Of a DNA stretch of 64,000 bases, positions 17,975-27,830 are shown piece by piece. The stretch lies in contig CAZTJO010000005.1 of assembly GCA_964614095.1 (NCBI GenBank), positions 19,731 through 83,730 of the forward strand. Reading direction: 5' to 3'. Numbering within the stretch: position 1 is the stretch's first letter; each line of letters opens with the position of its first letter. A model generated the notes under the pieces. That model was not told where the DNA came from. It did no database searches and saw only the letters and a list, made by a program, of their open reading frames with translations. A program made the translations under genes and the position numbers. This DNA comes from an uncultured Acidimicrobiia bacterium (GTDB taxonomy: Bacteria > Actinomycetota > Acidimicrobiia > Spongiisociales > UBA11373).

Positions 17975-20131
17975 TCATCGGCTCCGGGAGGAGCCTCCTT
18001 GACCCTCTGTCATTCGCTCCGCCAGCACGACGGCGATGTCCTTGACCGCCACTTCCGCTCCCAGGTCTTTGACCCCGTCGTCGAGCATGATGTAGCAGAA
18101 CGGGCAAGCAGTGGCTATCTCGGCGGCGCCGGTGGCGATCGCCTCTTCGGCACGTTCGGCGTTGATCCGCTTGCCGGTGTTCTCTTCCATCCACATACGA
18201 GCCCCACCTGCTCCACAGCAGAAACCGTCCTTGCCCCAGCGTGGCATCTCAATCAACTCCCCGGCCTCCTCAAGTACTCGACGAGGAGCTGCGAGCACAC
18301 CGTTGTGCCGGGCCAAGTAGCAGGGATCGTGGAAGGTGACGCTACGCCCCTTGCGTTCGACCTCGATGCGGCCATCATCAAGCAGCCTCAGCAGCAGCTC
18401 GCTGTGGTGCATCACCTCGTAGTCGCCACCGAATTGCGGGTATTCGTTGGCCAGCGTGTTGAAGCAGTGCGGACATTGGGTCACGATCTTGCCCACCCCG
18501 AGATCGTTCAGCGTGCGGATGTTGGCCAAGGCGAGCTGCTGAAAGACATACTCGTTGCCGGCCCGGCGCGCCGGATCACCGGTGCACAGTTCCGCCGTAC
18601 CGAGTATGGCGAAGTCGACACCCGCTTGATGAAGAAGTCTCGCTGTGGCCACGGTCACCTTGCGGTTCCTGTCATCAAAGGAGCCGGCACAGCCCACCCA
18701 GTACAGGTACTCGGCGGTGACACCCGGCTCACCCAGCACCTTCACCTCAAAATCGAGCTGCCGGGTCCACGCCGCCCTCTCCTTCTGGCTCATCCCGTAG
18801 GGATTGGAGGAGTTCTCCATGTTGATGAAGGTGGTGCCGAGCTCACCCGGGAAATCGGTCTCCATGAGGGTGAGGTGGCGGCGCATGTCCAGGATTTTGT
18901 CGAGTATCTCGATGTCCACCGGGCATATCTCGTCACAAGCCCGGCAGGTCGTGCACCACCACAGCTCATCCGGCGTCACCCGCTCGAACACCGAGTCCGA
19001 CGTGACAACGATGGCGCGATCCACACCCACCGGAGGTGATATCACGGGCGTCGCCGAGGCTGCGGCCACCTCACCCAGCTTCAGCACAATCTCGCGCGGA
19101 TCCAGCGGCTTGCCGGTCTGATTCGCCGGACAGACCGAGGTGCAGCGTCCGCACACCGTACACGCATCGGTGTCGAGAAGCTGCTTCCAGGTGAAGTCGC
19201 CGACGCGCCCCGCCCCAACACTCTCGATATCGGTCGCCTCAAGCAGGTTGGGCATCTCCCTCATCGCCCCAAGCGGGCGCGAGCGCGGCGCCAGCGTCAT
19301 GTTTGCCGGCGATATCAGCATGTGCCGCAGCTTGGTGGTCGGAAGCATGACCAGAAAGACCGCCACGGAAAATGCATGGGCCACCCACAGGATCTGGTGA
19401 GCCCGGGAGGCCCACGAATCGGCAAAAAGCCCACTGAGCCAATAGCCGGCAAACGACCACACCTCATAATCGGGACGGCCGTCGACGCCGATGCGAGCCG
19501 CCTCGGTGAACAGCCCGGTGAATCCGACCAGCCCGAGCACAAGAAGTATCCAGGCATCCTCCGGCCGGGTCTTGGTACGGAGCCGATCGGGGGGAAACAC
19601 GTAGCGCCTCAGTGCCGCCAGCATCAAGCCGGCGAGGAAGACCACCGTCGCACCATCGAGCACCGCCGAATAGCCCTGGTACACCCGACCCTCCAGGAAC
19701 TTGAGGCTGCCCGGGAGCAGGTGGTCCAGCTCCAGCGTCACCGTGCCGAGGAATAGCACGGCAAACCCGAAGAAGATCATCGAGTGGATGAGACCGGCGA
19801 TGCGGTCCTCGAGCACACTCTTCATCGAGACGCCACGCAGGAGCCCGGCGATTCTCTTCCGCCACAGCCCACCCCGTTCCTCAGGCGCGCCGCGCTGCCA
19901 GTTCCTCACCCGCACTGCAAAGAGATAGGCGACGAGGCCGAGGACGGCGGCGGTGCCTATGTAGAAGAGAGCCACCACCGCCGCCGGCACATTCCCAAAG
20001 ACAGGACGTCCCACCTGCGGGTCCGCCTCCTCCGGCAGCGTCCCCAGCCACCAGAGCACCAGCGTCGCCCCAGGCAGAAACACAACCAGACCAAACAGAA
20101 TCCCGGTCACCGAGAAACGACGACGTAACAA
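17975..20131 (-). CDS. Membrane Fe-S oxidoreductase (FadF/HdrD-like: NarI-like TM + 2x[4Fe-4S] + CCG domains)
   Basis: CTVCGRCTSVCP and CTTCRACDEICP ferredoxin motifs; YWVGC, CPHC, FHDPCYL, CCGAGG, CPFC. Confidence 0.92.
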   Translation of the reverse strand: MLRRRFSVTGILFGLVVFLPGATLVLWWLGTLPEEADPQVGRPVFGNVPAAVVALFYIGTAAVLGLVAYLFAVRVRNWQRGAPEERGGLWRKRIAGLLRGVSMKSVLEDRIAGLIHSMIFFGFAVLFLGTVTLELDHLLPGSLKFLEGRVYQGYSAVLDGATVVFLAGLMLAALRRYVFPPDRLRTKTRPEDAWILLVLGLVGFTGLFTEAARIGVDGRPDYEVWSFAGYWLSGLFADSWASRAHQILWVAHAFSVAVFLVMLPTTKLRHMLISPANMTLAPRSRPLGAMREMPNLLEATDIESVGAGRVGDFTWKQLLDTDACTVCGRCTSVCPANQTGKPLDPREIVLKLGEVAAASATPVISPPVGVDRAIVVTSDSVFERVTPDELWWCTTCRACDEICPVDIEILDKILDMRRHLTLMETDFPGELGTTFINMENSSNPYGMSQKERAAWTRQLDFEVKVLGEPGVTAEYLYWVGCAGSFDDRNRKVTVATARLLHQAGVDFAILGTAELCTGDPARRAGNEYVFQQLALANIRTLNDLGVGKIVTQCPHCFNTLANEYPQFGGDYEVMHHSELLLRLLDDGRIEVERKGRSVTFHDPCYLARHNGVLAAPRRVLEEAGELIEMPRWGKDGFCCGAGGARMWMEENTGKRINAERAEEAIATGAAEIATACPFCYIMLDDGVKDLGAEVAVKDIAVVLAERMTEGQGGSSRSR

Positions 20132-20227
20132 GCTCTGCCTCCAACCCGACTGACGTCGAGTCTACGAGCGGGCCCGCCAGGCGGCCGCTACTCCGCAGAC
20201 CGGTGCCGCCCCCACCAAGCCCGGACG

Positions 20228-20257
20228 CGTAGGGCGCCGCGACTGCGGCGCCCTACG
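20228..20257 (-). terminator. GC-rich hairpin downstream of pspA
   Basis: CGTAGGGCGCCGC-GACT-GCGGCGCCCTACG, a 13-bp stem just past the pspA stop; no U-tract. Confidence 0.6.
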
Positions 20258-20274
20258 TCTGGAGTATCAGATGG

Positions 20275-20991
20275 CTAGATGCCGAGCTCGGCCTTCAGCT
20301 CCTCGAGCTTGGCGTCGGCCTGAGCCAGGGAGACGGCCTCACGCAGATCCATCTCAGCACCTTCCGGCGTCGCCTCGCGCAATTCGGCCTTGGCCATGGC
20401 CTCTGCCTTACGCTGCTCGATCTTGTCCTCGACCCTCTCGAGGCTCACGGCGTCGTCGTCGAAGGTCGCCGACAGCGACTCCATGGCCTTGTTGACCGAC
20501 TCCTGCATCTTGGCCTGCTGCAAAGAACCGACCAGCTCCATTCTTCTGGCCGCCAACTCCTGGAGCCTCATGGCGTTCTGCTGGACCGCCTTCTTGGCGT
20601 CCTCGGCCTGCTCCACAGCGGTCTCGTACTGGCCCTTGAGGGAGCTCAGGTTGTTCTCGGAAGCCTGCAGCCTCATGGCCACACTCTGAGCCGTCCGCGT
20701 CCATTTCTCGCCGGCTGCCGCATCTCCGCCGGTGGTGGCTTCCTGCGCCTTCAGCAGCGCCTGTTTCGCCAGCTCGCGAGCCTCGCCGGCATCATCGGCG
20801 GATCGCTCGATCTTGCTTTCGAGCTGGGTTCGGTGGGCTACCACCTTGGCCGCCTGGTTCCGCAGCTCCTGGTCGCGCTTGCGCGCCTCCTGGATGGCCT
20901 GTTCGATCTCAATCTCGGGATCCATCATGTCCTCTGCCTTGCGACGGAAGAGGGTCTTGATGTAGCCCCAGAGACGCTTCAAGAAACCCAT
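20275..20991 (-). CDS. pspA: PspA/IM30 family protein
   Basis: Amphipathic N-terminal MGFLKRLWGYIKTLF, EDMMDP..EIEQAI, long coiled coil, C-terminal KLEELKAELG. Confidence 0.9.
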   Translation of the reverse strand: MGFLKRLWGYIKTLFRRKAEDMMDPEIEIEQAIQEARKRDQELRNQAAKVVAHRTQLESKIERSADDAGEARELAKQALLKAQEATTGGDAAAGEKWTRTAQSVAMRLQASENNLSSLKGQYETAVEQAEDAKKAVQQNAMRLQELAARRMELVGSLQQAKMQESVNKAMESLSATFDDDAVSLERVEDKIEQRKAEAMAKAELREATPEGAEMDLREAVSLAQADAKLEELKAELGI

Positions 20992-21049
20992 GTCGGTCCT
21001 TCTCCTCGGGATCGATGCATCATAGGGGGAAGCGCCGCGCCAACGCCGA

Positions 21050-22342
21050 TCAGCGGCGGCGGCGGCGCGTCACACGGCCGCCAGAGCGTGCCCTCTTGAA
21101 CGACGAGCGTGTTGACATGGGTTGAGTCCGGGCCGACGACCGGGAAGCGCGGGTAGAACTCGTCCTACTCGTGCCTCCCCAGTCGTAAGAGCGGGCCTGG
21201 CCCATGCCACCGACAACCACGGAGAACACGTCGAGCCAGTCGAAACCACCGCCGCCGTGCGATCGCGGCGCGGCCGGCGCCGGCACCCCGCGCCCGCCTA
21301 CCTGGATCATGCGCGGCTGGGGCTCCTGGCCGCGGCGCAGCTTCTCGGCATCGGCGGCACACACAATCACCGTCTTCCTCCCCGCTGCCGTCTCAATCTG
21401 CGCATCCTCGAACGGGCCGCGGTGGGTCGGATCGAAGAAGCAGGCATGACGCTCTTCCCTCTTAGGCTTGGGCGGCACCGGTTGGCCGCCGGCAATGGCG
21501 GCCGCGGCATCGAGCTGCCAGCGAGCCTCATCGAGCCGATCGGACAGGGCCTCCAACCGGCCCAGGTCGGTGGCGTCACCAAAACTCTCCTCGGCTTCGG
21601 TATAAGTCTTCCCCGCTTCCTCGAGATATTGGTTGTCCTCCCTCGACGACGACGCCGAGACCAGGTCGGAGATCTCGAGAATCACGTTGGCCATCGCGTC
21701 AAGCTGCTTCTTGATCTCGCTACGTGCCTCCTCGATGGCTCGAGCCTGCGATCCGTCGGCTGATTTCTTCTGCCTACGCACCGCCCAGACAACCAGCAGA
21801 ACCAGCGCACCCACAATGGCGATGAGTACAAAAAGGCCGGCTTTACTCCCTCCGCTCCCTGCATCTGCGACGGCCGTCGACGTTGTCACCGCGGCGGCGC
21901 CGACCAGCACACCGACGGCGGCCTCTACGGCATCGGCATCGTCGCCGCCGGCGTCAAAAGCCCCAACCACTGCGGCGTGAATCGCCCCCGCCTGCTCCTC
22001 CGCGCCCCCGCTTGGGTCGTAGACCTCCACACCAACCCGGGTCTCGGAGATCACCAGGACGATGCCCTCCCCGACCCGATCCAGCACGGCGCTGGCAAAA
22101 ACGGTGGCGCCGCTGGCCGGATCCTCATCGAGAACGACGACGTAGAGGCGGAAACCACCGTCGGCGGCACGACCGACGGCGCCGGCGATCCGGCTCTCGT
22201 CCACATTCAGGCCGGGCTCGATGTAGTAGCCATAATCGAGCACCGCATCGGCTGCCTCGTCCGGGGTCTGCGCATACGCCGGCGCGGCCGCTGCAAGCAT
22301 CAGCACCGCCAGCGTGATCAGGGTGAAGAAACGCCGCCTCAT
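21050..22342 (-). CDS. TPM-like domain membrane protein with coiled coil and C-terminal CFFDP.H...C motif
   Basis: Signal peptide, extracellular alpha/beta domain, TM helix, coiled coil, HACFFDPTH...VCAAD, Gly/Arg/Ser-rich tail; directly upstream of pspA. Confidence 0.7.
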   Translation of the reverse strand: MRRRFFTLITLAVLMLAAAAPAYAQTPDEAADAVLDYGYYIEPGLNVDESRIAGAVGRAADGGFRLYVVVLDEDPASGATVFASAVLDRVGEGIVLVISETRVGVEVYDPSGGAEEQAGAIHAAVVGAFDAGGDDADAVEAAVGVLVGAAAVTTSTAVADAGSGGSKAGLFVLIAIVGALVLLVVWAVRRQKKSADGSQARAIEEARSEIKKQLDAMANVILEISDLVSASSSREDNQYLEEAGKTYTEAEESFGDATDLGRLEALSDRLDEARWQLDAAAAIAGGQPVPPKPKREERHACFFDPTHRGPFEDAQIETAAGRKTVIVCAADAEKLRRGQEPQPRMIQVGGRGVPAPAAPRSHGGGGFDWLDVFSVVVGGMGQARSYDWGGTSRTSSTRASRSSARTQPMSTRSSFKRARSGGRVTRRRRR

Positions 22343-22420
22343 AGCGCTCAACTCTAGATCGCGGCTCGAGACCGAGCGCTACCGGTCAAGAAACAGTGAC
22401 TCAAATGACGATAGGAATAC

Positions 22421-23242
22421 ATGGCCCAGGATTCCGGCGTCACTCCTGAGCGGATCTATCGTGCGCGTGCGGTGATCCGGTTCGGTCTCCCGCTGCTCAC
22501 CCTTACCGCAATCATCGCCTCGGCCTGGCTTGCCGGCCGCGACTCGGCTCCCGGCACCGAACCTTGGCTGACCACGGCGTTCATCGCCTGCGGCGTTGCC
22601 GCGGTGGCCGTCGGCTATATGGCGGCACACGCCCTGGGTCGGCGCCTCGAGGTATACGAAGACTGGTTCCGCTACCGCATCCTCACCAGGGTCATCGCCG
22701 CTCGCTGGCACCAAGTTGAAGCCTTCTACACCGCCACCGCGGGCATCGACCCATCCTCACGACGCCGCCTCGCCGGGCGCTACGAGTTCGGGATCATTGT
22801 TGGAGGGCGCCGACTCGACCTGGGCACCGCCATCGGGGCGGACGCTGCCTTGGGAGTGGTCATCGATGCCCGGACCCGGCCCCAGGTCGTGGCCCGCGCC
22901 GCTGCCCGGCTCCGCGCTGGAAGGACCGTGCCGTTCGGCCTCGTCATCGTTGAACCGGACCGCCTCTCTTTTAAGTCCGTTGGAGCGCGCCCCATTCCTC
23001 TCTCCAAACTCGAAAACCAAAAACTCGAATTCGGCCGCTACATCTTCCGTGCAGTCGACCGCAAGCGGCCGGTGACGATACCGGTTGCACGTATCCCTGA
23101 TCCCTTTGCCCTCCACGAACTCATTGAGCAACGATCGGCATGGCACGCCCAGGAGAAGCCCGCAACCGCCCGCGGCTCCCGGGCCTACAGCGAAGAGGCT
23201 CTGGCCGCCCTTGGGATCACCTGGGCGTCACCGCATCGTTGA
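22421..23242 (+). CDS. Membrane protein with DUF6585-like soluble domain
   Basis: Two TM helices then a PH-like beta-rich region ending TVPFG...IPVARIPDPFALHELI. Confidence 0.6.
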   Translation: MAQDSGVTPERIYRARAVIRFGLPLLTLTAIIASAWLAGRDSAPGTEPWLTTAFIACGVAAVAVGYMAAHALGRRLEVYEDWFRYRILTRVIAARWHQVEAFYTATAGIDPSSRRRLAGRYEFGIIVGGRRLDLGTAIGADAALGVVIDARTRPQVVARAAARLRAGRTVPFGLVIVEPDRLSFKSVGARPIPLSKLENQKLEFGRYIFRAVDRKRPVTIPVARIPDPFALHELIEQRSAWHAQEKPATARGSRAYSEEALAALGITWASPHR

Positions 23243-23297
23243 GAATCCACCGGCGGGAACACACCCATTGAGGCCCTTCCACCCCGGAGGCGGGGTC

Positions 23298-24113
23298 TCA
23301 ACCGCCGGTGGCCCGTCTCCCCAGTTCGCGAGACCGCTCGGCGGCGGCCCGGACCGCGTCCTCGACAAGGGCGCGAAAACCGCGCTCCTCGAGGACGTGC
23401 ATGGCGGCGGCCGTGGTCCCTCCAGGGGAGGTGACCTGGGCACGCAAGTGCTCCGGTGAGTCCTCGAGGCCGGCAAGCAGAATCCCGGCGCCACGCACCG
23501 TCTGCTCGACGAGCCGCTCGGCAGCGTGCCGGGGAAGTCCTTCCCTGATAGCAGCCTCGATGAGTGCCTCGGCAAGAAGGAACACGTATGCCGGCCCTGT
23601 GCCCGACACCGCGGTGACCGCGTCGAGAAGGTGCTCCTCGAGCACGATCGTGTGCCCGACGGCTCGCAGCACCGCCTGCGCTGCCTCGACGGCTTCTGCG
23701 TCGGCGTACAACCCGGGACAGAGAGCACTGATGGCCTCATCGAGCCGCGCCGGGGTGTTGGGCATGGCCCGCACCACCGGCACGGCGCCCAGAGCGTCCT
23801 CAAAAAGCGATGTGGGAACACCGGCGGCCAGCGACACCACGACCTGGCTCGGCTGAACCGCTCCGGCTATTTGCTCCAGCAGACGGGGCACATCCCCCGG
23901 CTTGACCGATACCACCAGAATGTCGCGGTCCTGCACCGCCTCGGCAGCATCGAGCATGCTTCTGACACCAATGCGCTCTTCCAGCTCCGCCCGGCGCTCC
24001 TCACGGCGTGACACCAGAGTTATTTCGTTGTGCTCCCACCCGGCGCGGAGGAGCCCCCCGGCGAGTACCTCGCCCATCGCTCCGGCGCCCAGGATTGCTA
24101 CTGAGTGCTGCAT
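23298..24113 (-). CDS. proC: Pyrroline-5-carboxylate reductase
   Basis: ILGAGAMG, VSVKP, VRAMPNTPA, TAVSGTGPAY, VTSPGGTT. True start at ATG 24113 within the longer listed ORF. Confidence 0.95.
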   Translation of the reverse strand: MQHSVAILGAGAMGEVLAGGLLRAGWEHNEITLVSRREERRAELEERIGVRSMLDAAEAVQDRDILVVSVKPGDVPRLLEQIAGAVQPSQVVVSLAAGVPTSLFEDALGAVPVVRAMPNTPARLDEAISALCPGLYADAEAVEAAQAVLRAVGHTIVLEEHLLDAVTAVSGTGPAYVFLLAEALIEAAIREGLPRHAAERLVEQTVRGAGILLAGLEDSPEHLRAQVTSPGGTTAAAMHVLEERGFRALVEDAVRAAAERSRELGRRATGG

Positions 24114-24215
24114 GGGGCGCAAGTATATGGCCGCCGCGGCCACCCTCGGCCGTCGCCGCGGCCCCTCCCTCCCCAGTTTCCACAGCGCGGCCTTGCGACG
24201 ATCTGCTGAACTGGA

Positions 24216-25484
24216 ATGGTGACACCCACACCGGCCGACAGTGTGCCTCTCCTTGTGCTGCTTGCCGCCCTTTTTGTCGCCGCCGCCTTCCTCGCTGCGG
24301 CTGAGGCTGCGCTTCTCCGCGTCCCCAGAGTCCGGATCGAGGTGGCCGCCGAGCGCGGCGACCGAGCCGCCGCCCGCCTGCTGCGTCTGGTCGCCGATCT
24401 GCCTCGGGTGGTGAACTCCGTCCTCCTCGCCGTCCTTCTCGTTCAGATCGGCGCCGCCACCATTGCCGGGGTCATCGCCGAGAGGCACTTTGGGAACGCC
24501 GGTGTGACCGTGGCTTCGGTAGCTCTCACCCTGCTTATGTTCGTGTACACCGAGGCCATCCCGAAAACGGTGGCCGTGCGCCGGCCTCTCACCGTCGCCC
24601 GCATCGTCTCGATCCCGGTGGCCGCTCTCGCCTGGCTCACCCGGCCCATCGTCAGCCTGCTCCTGGCCTTTGCCGATCTCCAGGCTCCCGGAAGGGGCAT
24701 TCCTTCGAGAGCCACCATCACGGAAGCCGAGCTCCGGCGTCTTGCGACTGAGGCGGCCGCAGCGGGAGAGATCGAGCCCGGCGACTATGAGCTCATCGAG
24801 CGGTCTTTTGGCATCGGCGACACTCCTGTTGGTGCCGCCATCGTCGCCAGGCCGGACGTTGTGTACGTGCGCCAAGATACGGAGCTCACCGCCGCTCTAG
24901 AAGTCGCGCTGGCCTCCGGACATCGGCGCCTCCCCGTTTGCCGCAAAGACCTCGACGAAGTGACCGGAATGGTCCGTCTGCGCGATTTGGCCGCCGCCGT
25001 CACCAGCGGTTCGAACACGACAGTCGCCGAGCTGCAGCAACCCGTGCTTGCCGTGCCCGAGACCAAGCCGGTTCTCGAGGTCCTTCGTGAGATGCAGGCC
25101 GCTTCCCAGCAGATGGCCATCGTTATCGACGAGCACGGGGGCACCGCCGGCGTTGCCACCATCGAAGACCTGATCGAGATCTTGGTCGGAGAGATCGCCG
25201 ACAGCGACCGACCCTGGTCCCAGGACATCCGACGCGTCGGACCGGGCGTCTGGGACGTCGACGCCACTACGGACGTTGCCGCTCTCTCCGCCGCGATCGG
25301 CGCCGAGCTCCCCGCCGGCGACTGGTACACGGTTGCCGGGCTTGTCATTGGCGTTTCGGGGCGCATTCCGCGCGTCGGAGAGGCGTTTGACATCGCCGGC
25401 CACAGCTTCCGCGTCACTTCCTCTACTCGGCGCCGAGTACGCCGAGTAGAGGTACACGCACCCGGCGGGCCCGACAGCCCTTGA
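24216..25484 (+). CDS. Hemolysin/CNNM-family protein (DUF21-CBS-CBS-CorC/HlyC)
   Basis: AAEAALL, EAIPK, GHRRLPV, MAIVIDEHGGTAG..TIEDL.E..VGEI, C-terminal CorC-type domain. Confidence 0.92.
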   Translation: MVTPTPADSVPLLVLLAALFVAAAFLAAAEAALLRVPRVRIEVAAERGDRAAARLLRLVADLPRVVNSVLLAVLLVQIGAATIAGVIAERHFGNAGVTVASVALTLLMFVYTEAIPKTVAVRRPLTVARIVSIPVAALAWLTRPIVSLLLAFADLQAPGRGIPSRATITEAELRRLATEAAAAGEIEPGDYELIERSFGIGDTPVGAAIVARPDVVYVRQDTELTAALEVALASGHRRLPVCRKDLDEVTGMVRLRDLAAAVTSGSNTTVAELQQPVLAVPETKPVLEVLREMQAASQQMAIVIDEHGGTAGVATIEDLIEILVGEIADSDRPWSQDIRRVGPGVWDVDATTDVAALSAAIGAELPAGDWYTVAGLVIGVSGRIPRVGEAFDIAGHSFRVTSSTRRRVRRVEVHAPGGPDSP

Positions 25485-25500
25485 GCAGCAGCCGGTGGTC

Positions 25501-26220
25501 CTAACTCCGGCCCGATTTGTAGCCGGTGCGCAGTTTGTTGCGCGTCTCCCTGACGGCGATGGCGGGCAGAGCGGCGCTGGGGTCGGCCAGCAGTCGCTCC
25601 ACCTGAGGAGCACAGTGGCGGGTGCTCTCCCGGAGCACCCACGAGATCGCCTTCGGGATCGATGCCTCGCGGTCGGCGGCAAGAGCGGTGACGATACCGG
25701 ATACGCCGGGCCAGCAGCGTGCTGCGTTCTCGCCTCGCATGACGGTCACACATCCGACTAGAGCGACCCGACGCAACCACGGATTGCGCCTCGGCACCAG
25801 GCGTTCCAGCACACCAAAACGCCGGTCCACGTCGCCGGCGACCCACGGCCCCACCACCAACCCGCCCAGCTGATCGGTGGCCTCCCAGTTGTCGAGAAGG
25901 TGAGCCCAGCGATCGAGGCGGCGGGCACCAAAAGCCCCCACCGCATCGCCGCTGTGGCCCACGATCATGGTGGCCAGCACCATCTCCTCGCGAATCGCTC
26001 GCAGCCACAAAGCCTCCGCCACGGCAAGAATCGTGCTGCCGGAGAGATCCGCGTGTGCCCGGTGCCAGACGCGAGCCGTGCGCCTGAGGTCCGTCACCCT
26101 GACTCCGTAGAAGGGCAACTCCGTCTTGATGACCGGACGAGGGTCGACAAGAGTGTTCGAAATCCCGCGCAGAGTCTCGGCGAGGCGGGCCGCTTCAGTT
26201 GCAGGATCAAACGGGTCCAT
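25501..26220 (-). CDS. DNA alkylation repair protein (AlkD-like)
   Basis: FYGVRV..LR, LDNWE..D, NPWLRR, I.KAISWVLRE HEAT-like pattern. Confidence 0.85.
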   Translation of the reverse strand: MDPFDPATEAARLAETLRGISNTLVDPRPVIKTELPFYGVRVTDLRRTARVWHRAHADLSGSTILAVAEALWLRAIREEMVLATMIVGHSGDAVGAFGARRLDRWAHLLDNWEATDQLGGLVVGPWVAGDVDRRFGVLERLVPRRNPWLRRVALVGCVTVMRGENAARCWPGVSGIVTALAADREASIPKAISWVLRESTRHCAPQVERLLADPSAALPAIAVRETRNKLRTGYKSGRS

Positions 26221-26224
26221 GCCG

Positions 26225-26992
26225 CTATCTGAATTCCAGGGTCGCAGCCACAGCGTCGGCCATCAACACGGCCTCCTCATACTCCGGTGTGCCCAGCTCG
26301 CCTTGCGCCTCGATGATCACGGGAAGGGAGGTCGTGTCTCCATCAACAAGCGGAATCACATACACGTGCAGGAGGTGCACCGTGCCGGAGCCGAGATCCA
26401 GCTCGAGATCAAAAAGGGATCCTCTGTGCCCCCCGACCACGATCTGCTGCTCCAGTGTTGGTGCCGCCCCGAAACCTCCTCTGCGATAGAACTCGACCAC
26501 ATCCTCGAACGGCCCCAGGTCCTCAAGGACCGACACCTCCAGCGGCGAAGCCCACACCTCGACCAAGCTGAACTCGGCGAAGCCCCCCGGCCTGTAGTAG
26601 CGGCACAAGTCTTCGTCAACCTCAGCCTGCTCATAGACCGCCCAGTCCTCCGGGTGGTACACGGTGATGCCGTACACCTCATTGACACACACCTGGCTCA
26701 TGACGATGCCACCCGGAGCCTCGATGGGTCCCTCCGAGGCAGATGGGGACTCGCGGAGCAGAAGAACCACAACGATCGCGGCAGCTGCACCAAACACCAG
26801 CACCAGCAACACCCAGAGAAGCCGCCGCTTCGACCCCGGCGGCGGCGTATCCCCCTCCACCCAAGGCCGGGACGACGTCGCCACCATCGACGCGCTCGCC
26901 GTCCAGGACAGCCGGCTTCCACACGACCCGCACACGGCGTCGCCGACAACAACAGGTGACCCACAATGAGAACACGCGGCCAGGTTTGTCAT
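26225..26992 (-). CDS. Zinc-ribbon + TM + extracellular PsbP-like protein
   Basis: CSHCG..CGSCG N-terminus, one TM helix, YGITVYHPEDW motif. Start at ATG 26992 after GGAG. Confidence 0.65.
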   Translation of the reverse strand: MTNLAACSHCGSPVVVGDAVCGSCGSRLSWTASASMVATSSRPWVEGDTPPPGSKRRLLWVLLVLVFGAAAAIVVVLLLRESPSASEGPIEAPGGIVMSQVCVNEVYGITVYHPEDWAVYEQAEVDEDLCRYYRPGGFAEFSLVEVWASPLEVSVLEDLGPFEDVVEFYRRGGFGAAPTLEQQIVVGGHRGSLFDLELDLGSGTVHLLHVYVIPLVDGDTTSLPVIIEAQGELGTPEYEEAVLMADAVAATLEFR

Positions 26993-27113
26993 CGTCGTCC
27001 CATCTCCAGGTTGGAGCCTTGTCGCTTCACGTCTCGACGGCAACACGGTAGGGCCCTCAACCGACCCCTGGTTTGCTCCAAGAACCCACCGCGAAACCCT
27101 CATGCCGGCCCAC

Positions 27114-27266
27114 ATGAGAGCCGATCGAGAACCCGTGCTGATCTGTCGCAATTGCGCCGGTGTTGTCCTATTCGGGCCCCGAGGGTGGTTCCATCGCGAC
27201 TCCAATCGCCCCTGTCGCCACCTGACCGTCGCCTGGCCGCCGCCCGAAGACTCCGATACCCGCTAG
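27114..27266 (+). CDS. 50-aa Cys/His-rich protein (absent from ORF track)
   Basis: MRADREPVLICRNCAGVVLFGPRGWFHRDSNRPCRHLTVAWPPPEDSDTR; its stop shares a CTAG with the convergent GNAT gene. No clear RBS; in-frame alternative ATG at 27102. Confidence 0.5.
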   Translation: MRADREPVLICRNCAGVVLFGPRGWFHRDSNRPCRHLTVAWPPPEDSDTR

Positions 27267-27778
27267 TCCCCCAGACGCGGATCCTCGACCGATTCCCGGT
27301 GGGTTTCGTAGGGAACAAACCCTGCCCACTGATAGGTGAGCACCGCCCGGGCATCCGAGAGATTGGTGGTTGTGGTCCACAGCCGTTCCGGCTTGTGGTC
27401 CCAGGCCATCTCGACTGCAAAAGCAAGCAACCACCGGTGAAGCGCCCGGCCCGAAAAATCGGGACTCAATCCGAAGTGCACAAGTTCGATCTCGCCTTCG
27501 ACACGACGATCCAACTCGAAGAAGCCCGCCGGCACCCCTCCGAGGTAGAGAACAAAGACGTCGATGTCAGGATCACCAAGGATCGCCATCAGGTCCTTGT
27601 CGTCGAGCCGCCGCCGAGACCACCAAATCCATGATCCGCCCACGGTTTCGTACAGGTACCGGTAGAACGACACTGACGGCTCCTCGAGGCGAAGCAGCAT
27701 GCCGCCTCGATGAGGGCCCTTTTCCTGGAGTTTCGGGCGGTCCGTCATCTCCAGGAGGGTGGTGGTCAGCTCGATCAT
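27263..27778 (-). CDS. GNAT family N-acetyltransferase
   Basis: T.LEM, FYRYLY..VG..W.W, AGFFELD, FGL.PDF.GR.L...LL, A...YQ.AGF. Confidence 0.88.
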   Translation of the reverse strand: MIELTTTLLEMTDRPKLQEKGPHRGGMLLRLEEPSVSFYRYLYETVGGSWIWWSRRRLDDKDLMAILGDPDIDVFVLYLGGVPAGFFELDRRVEGEIELVHFGLSPDFSGRALHRWLLAFAVEMAWDHKPERLWTTTTNLSDARAVLTYQWAGFVPYETHRESVEDPRLGD

Positions 27779-27830
27779 GCCGACTCCGGCGCCGATGTTC
27801 GCCTCATAATGCGCCCTCGCCGCCGCTGCA

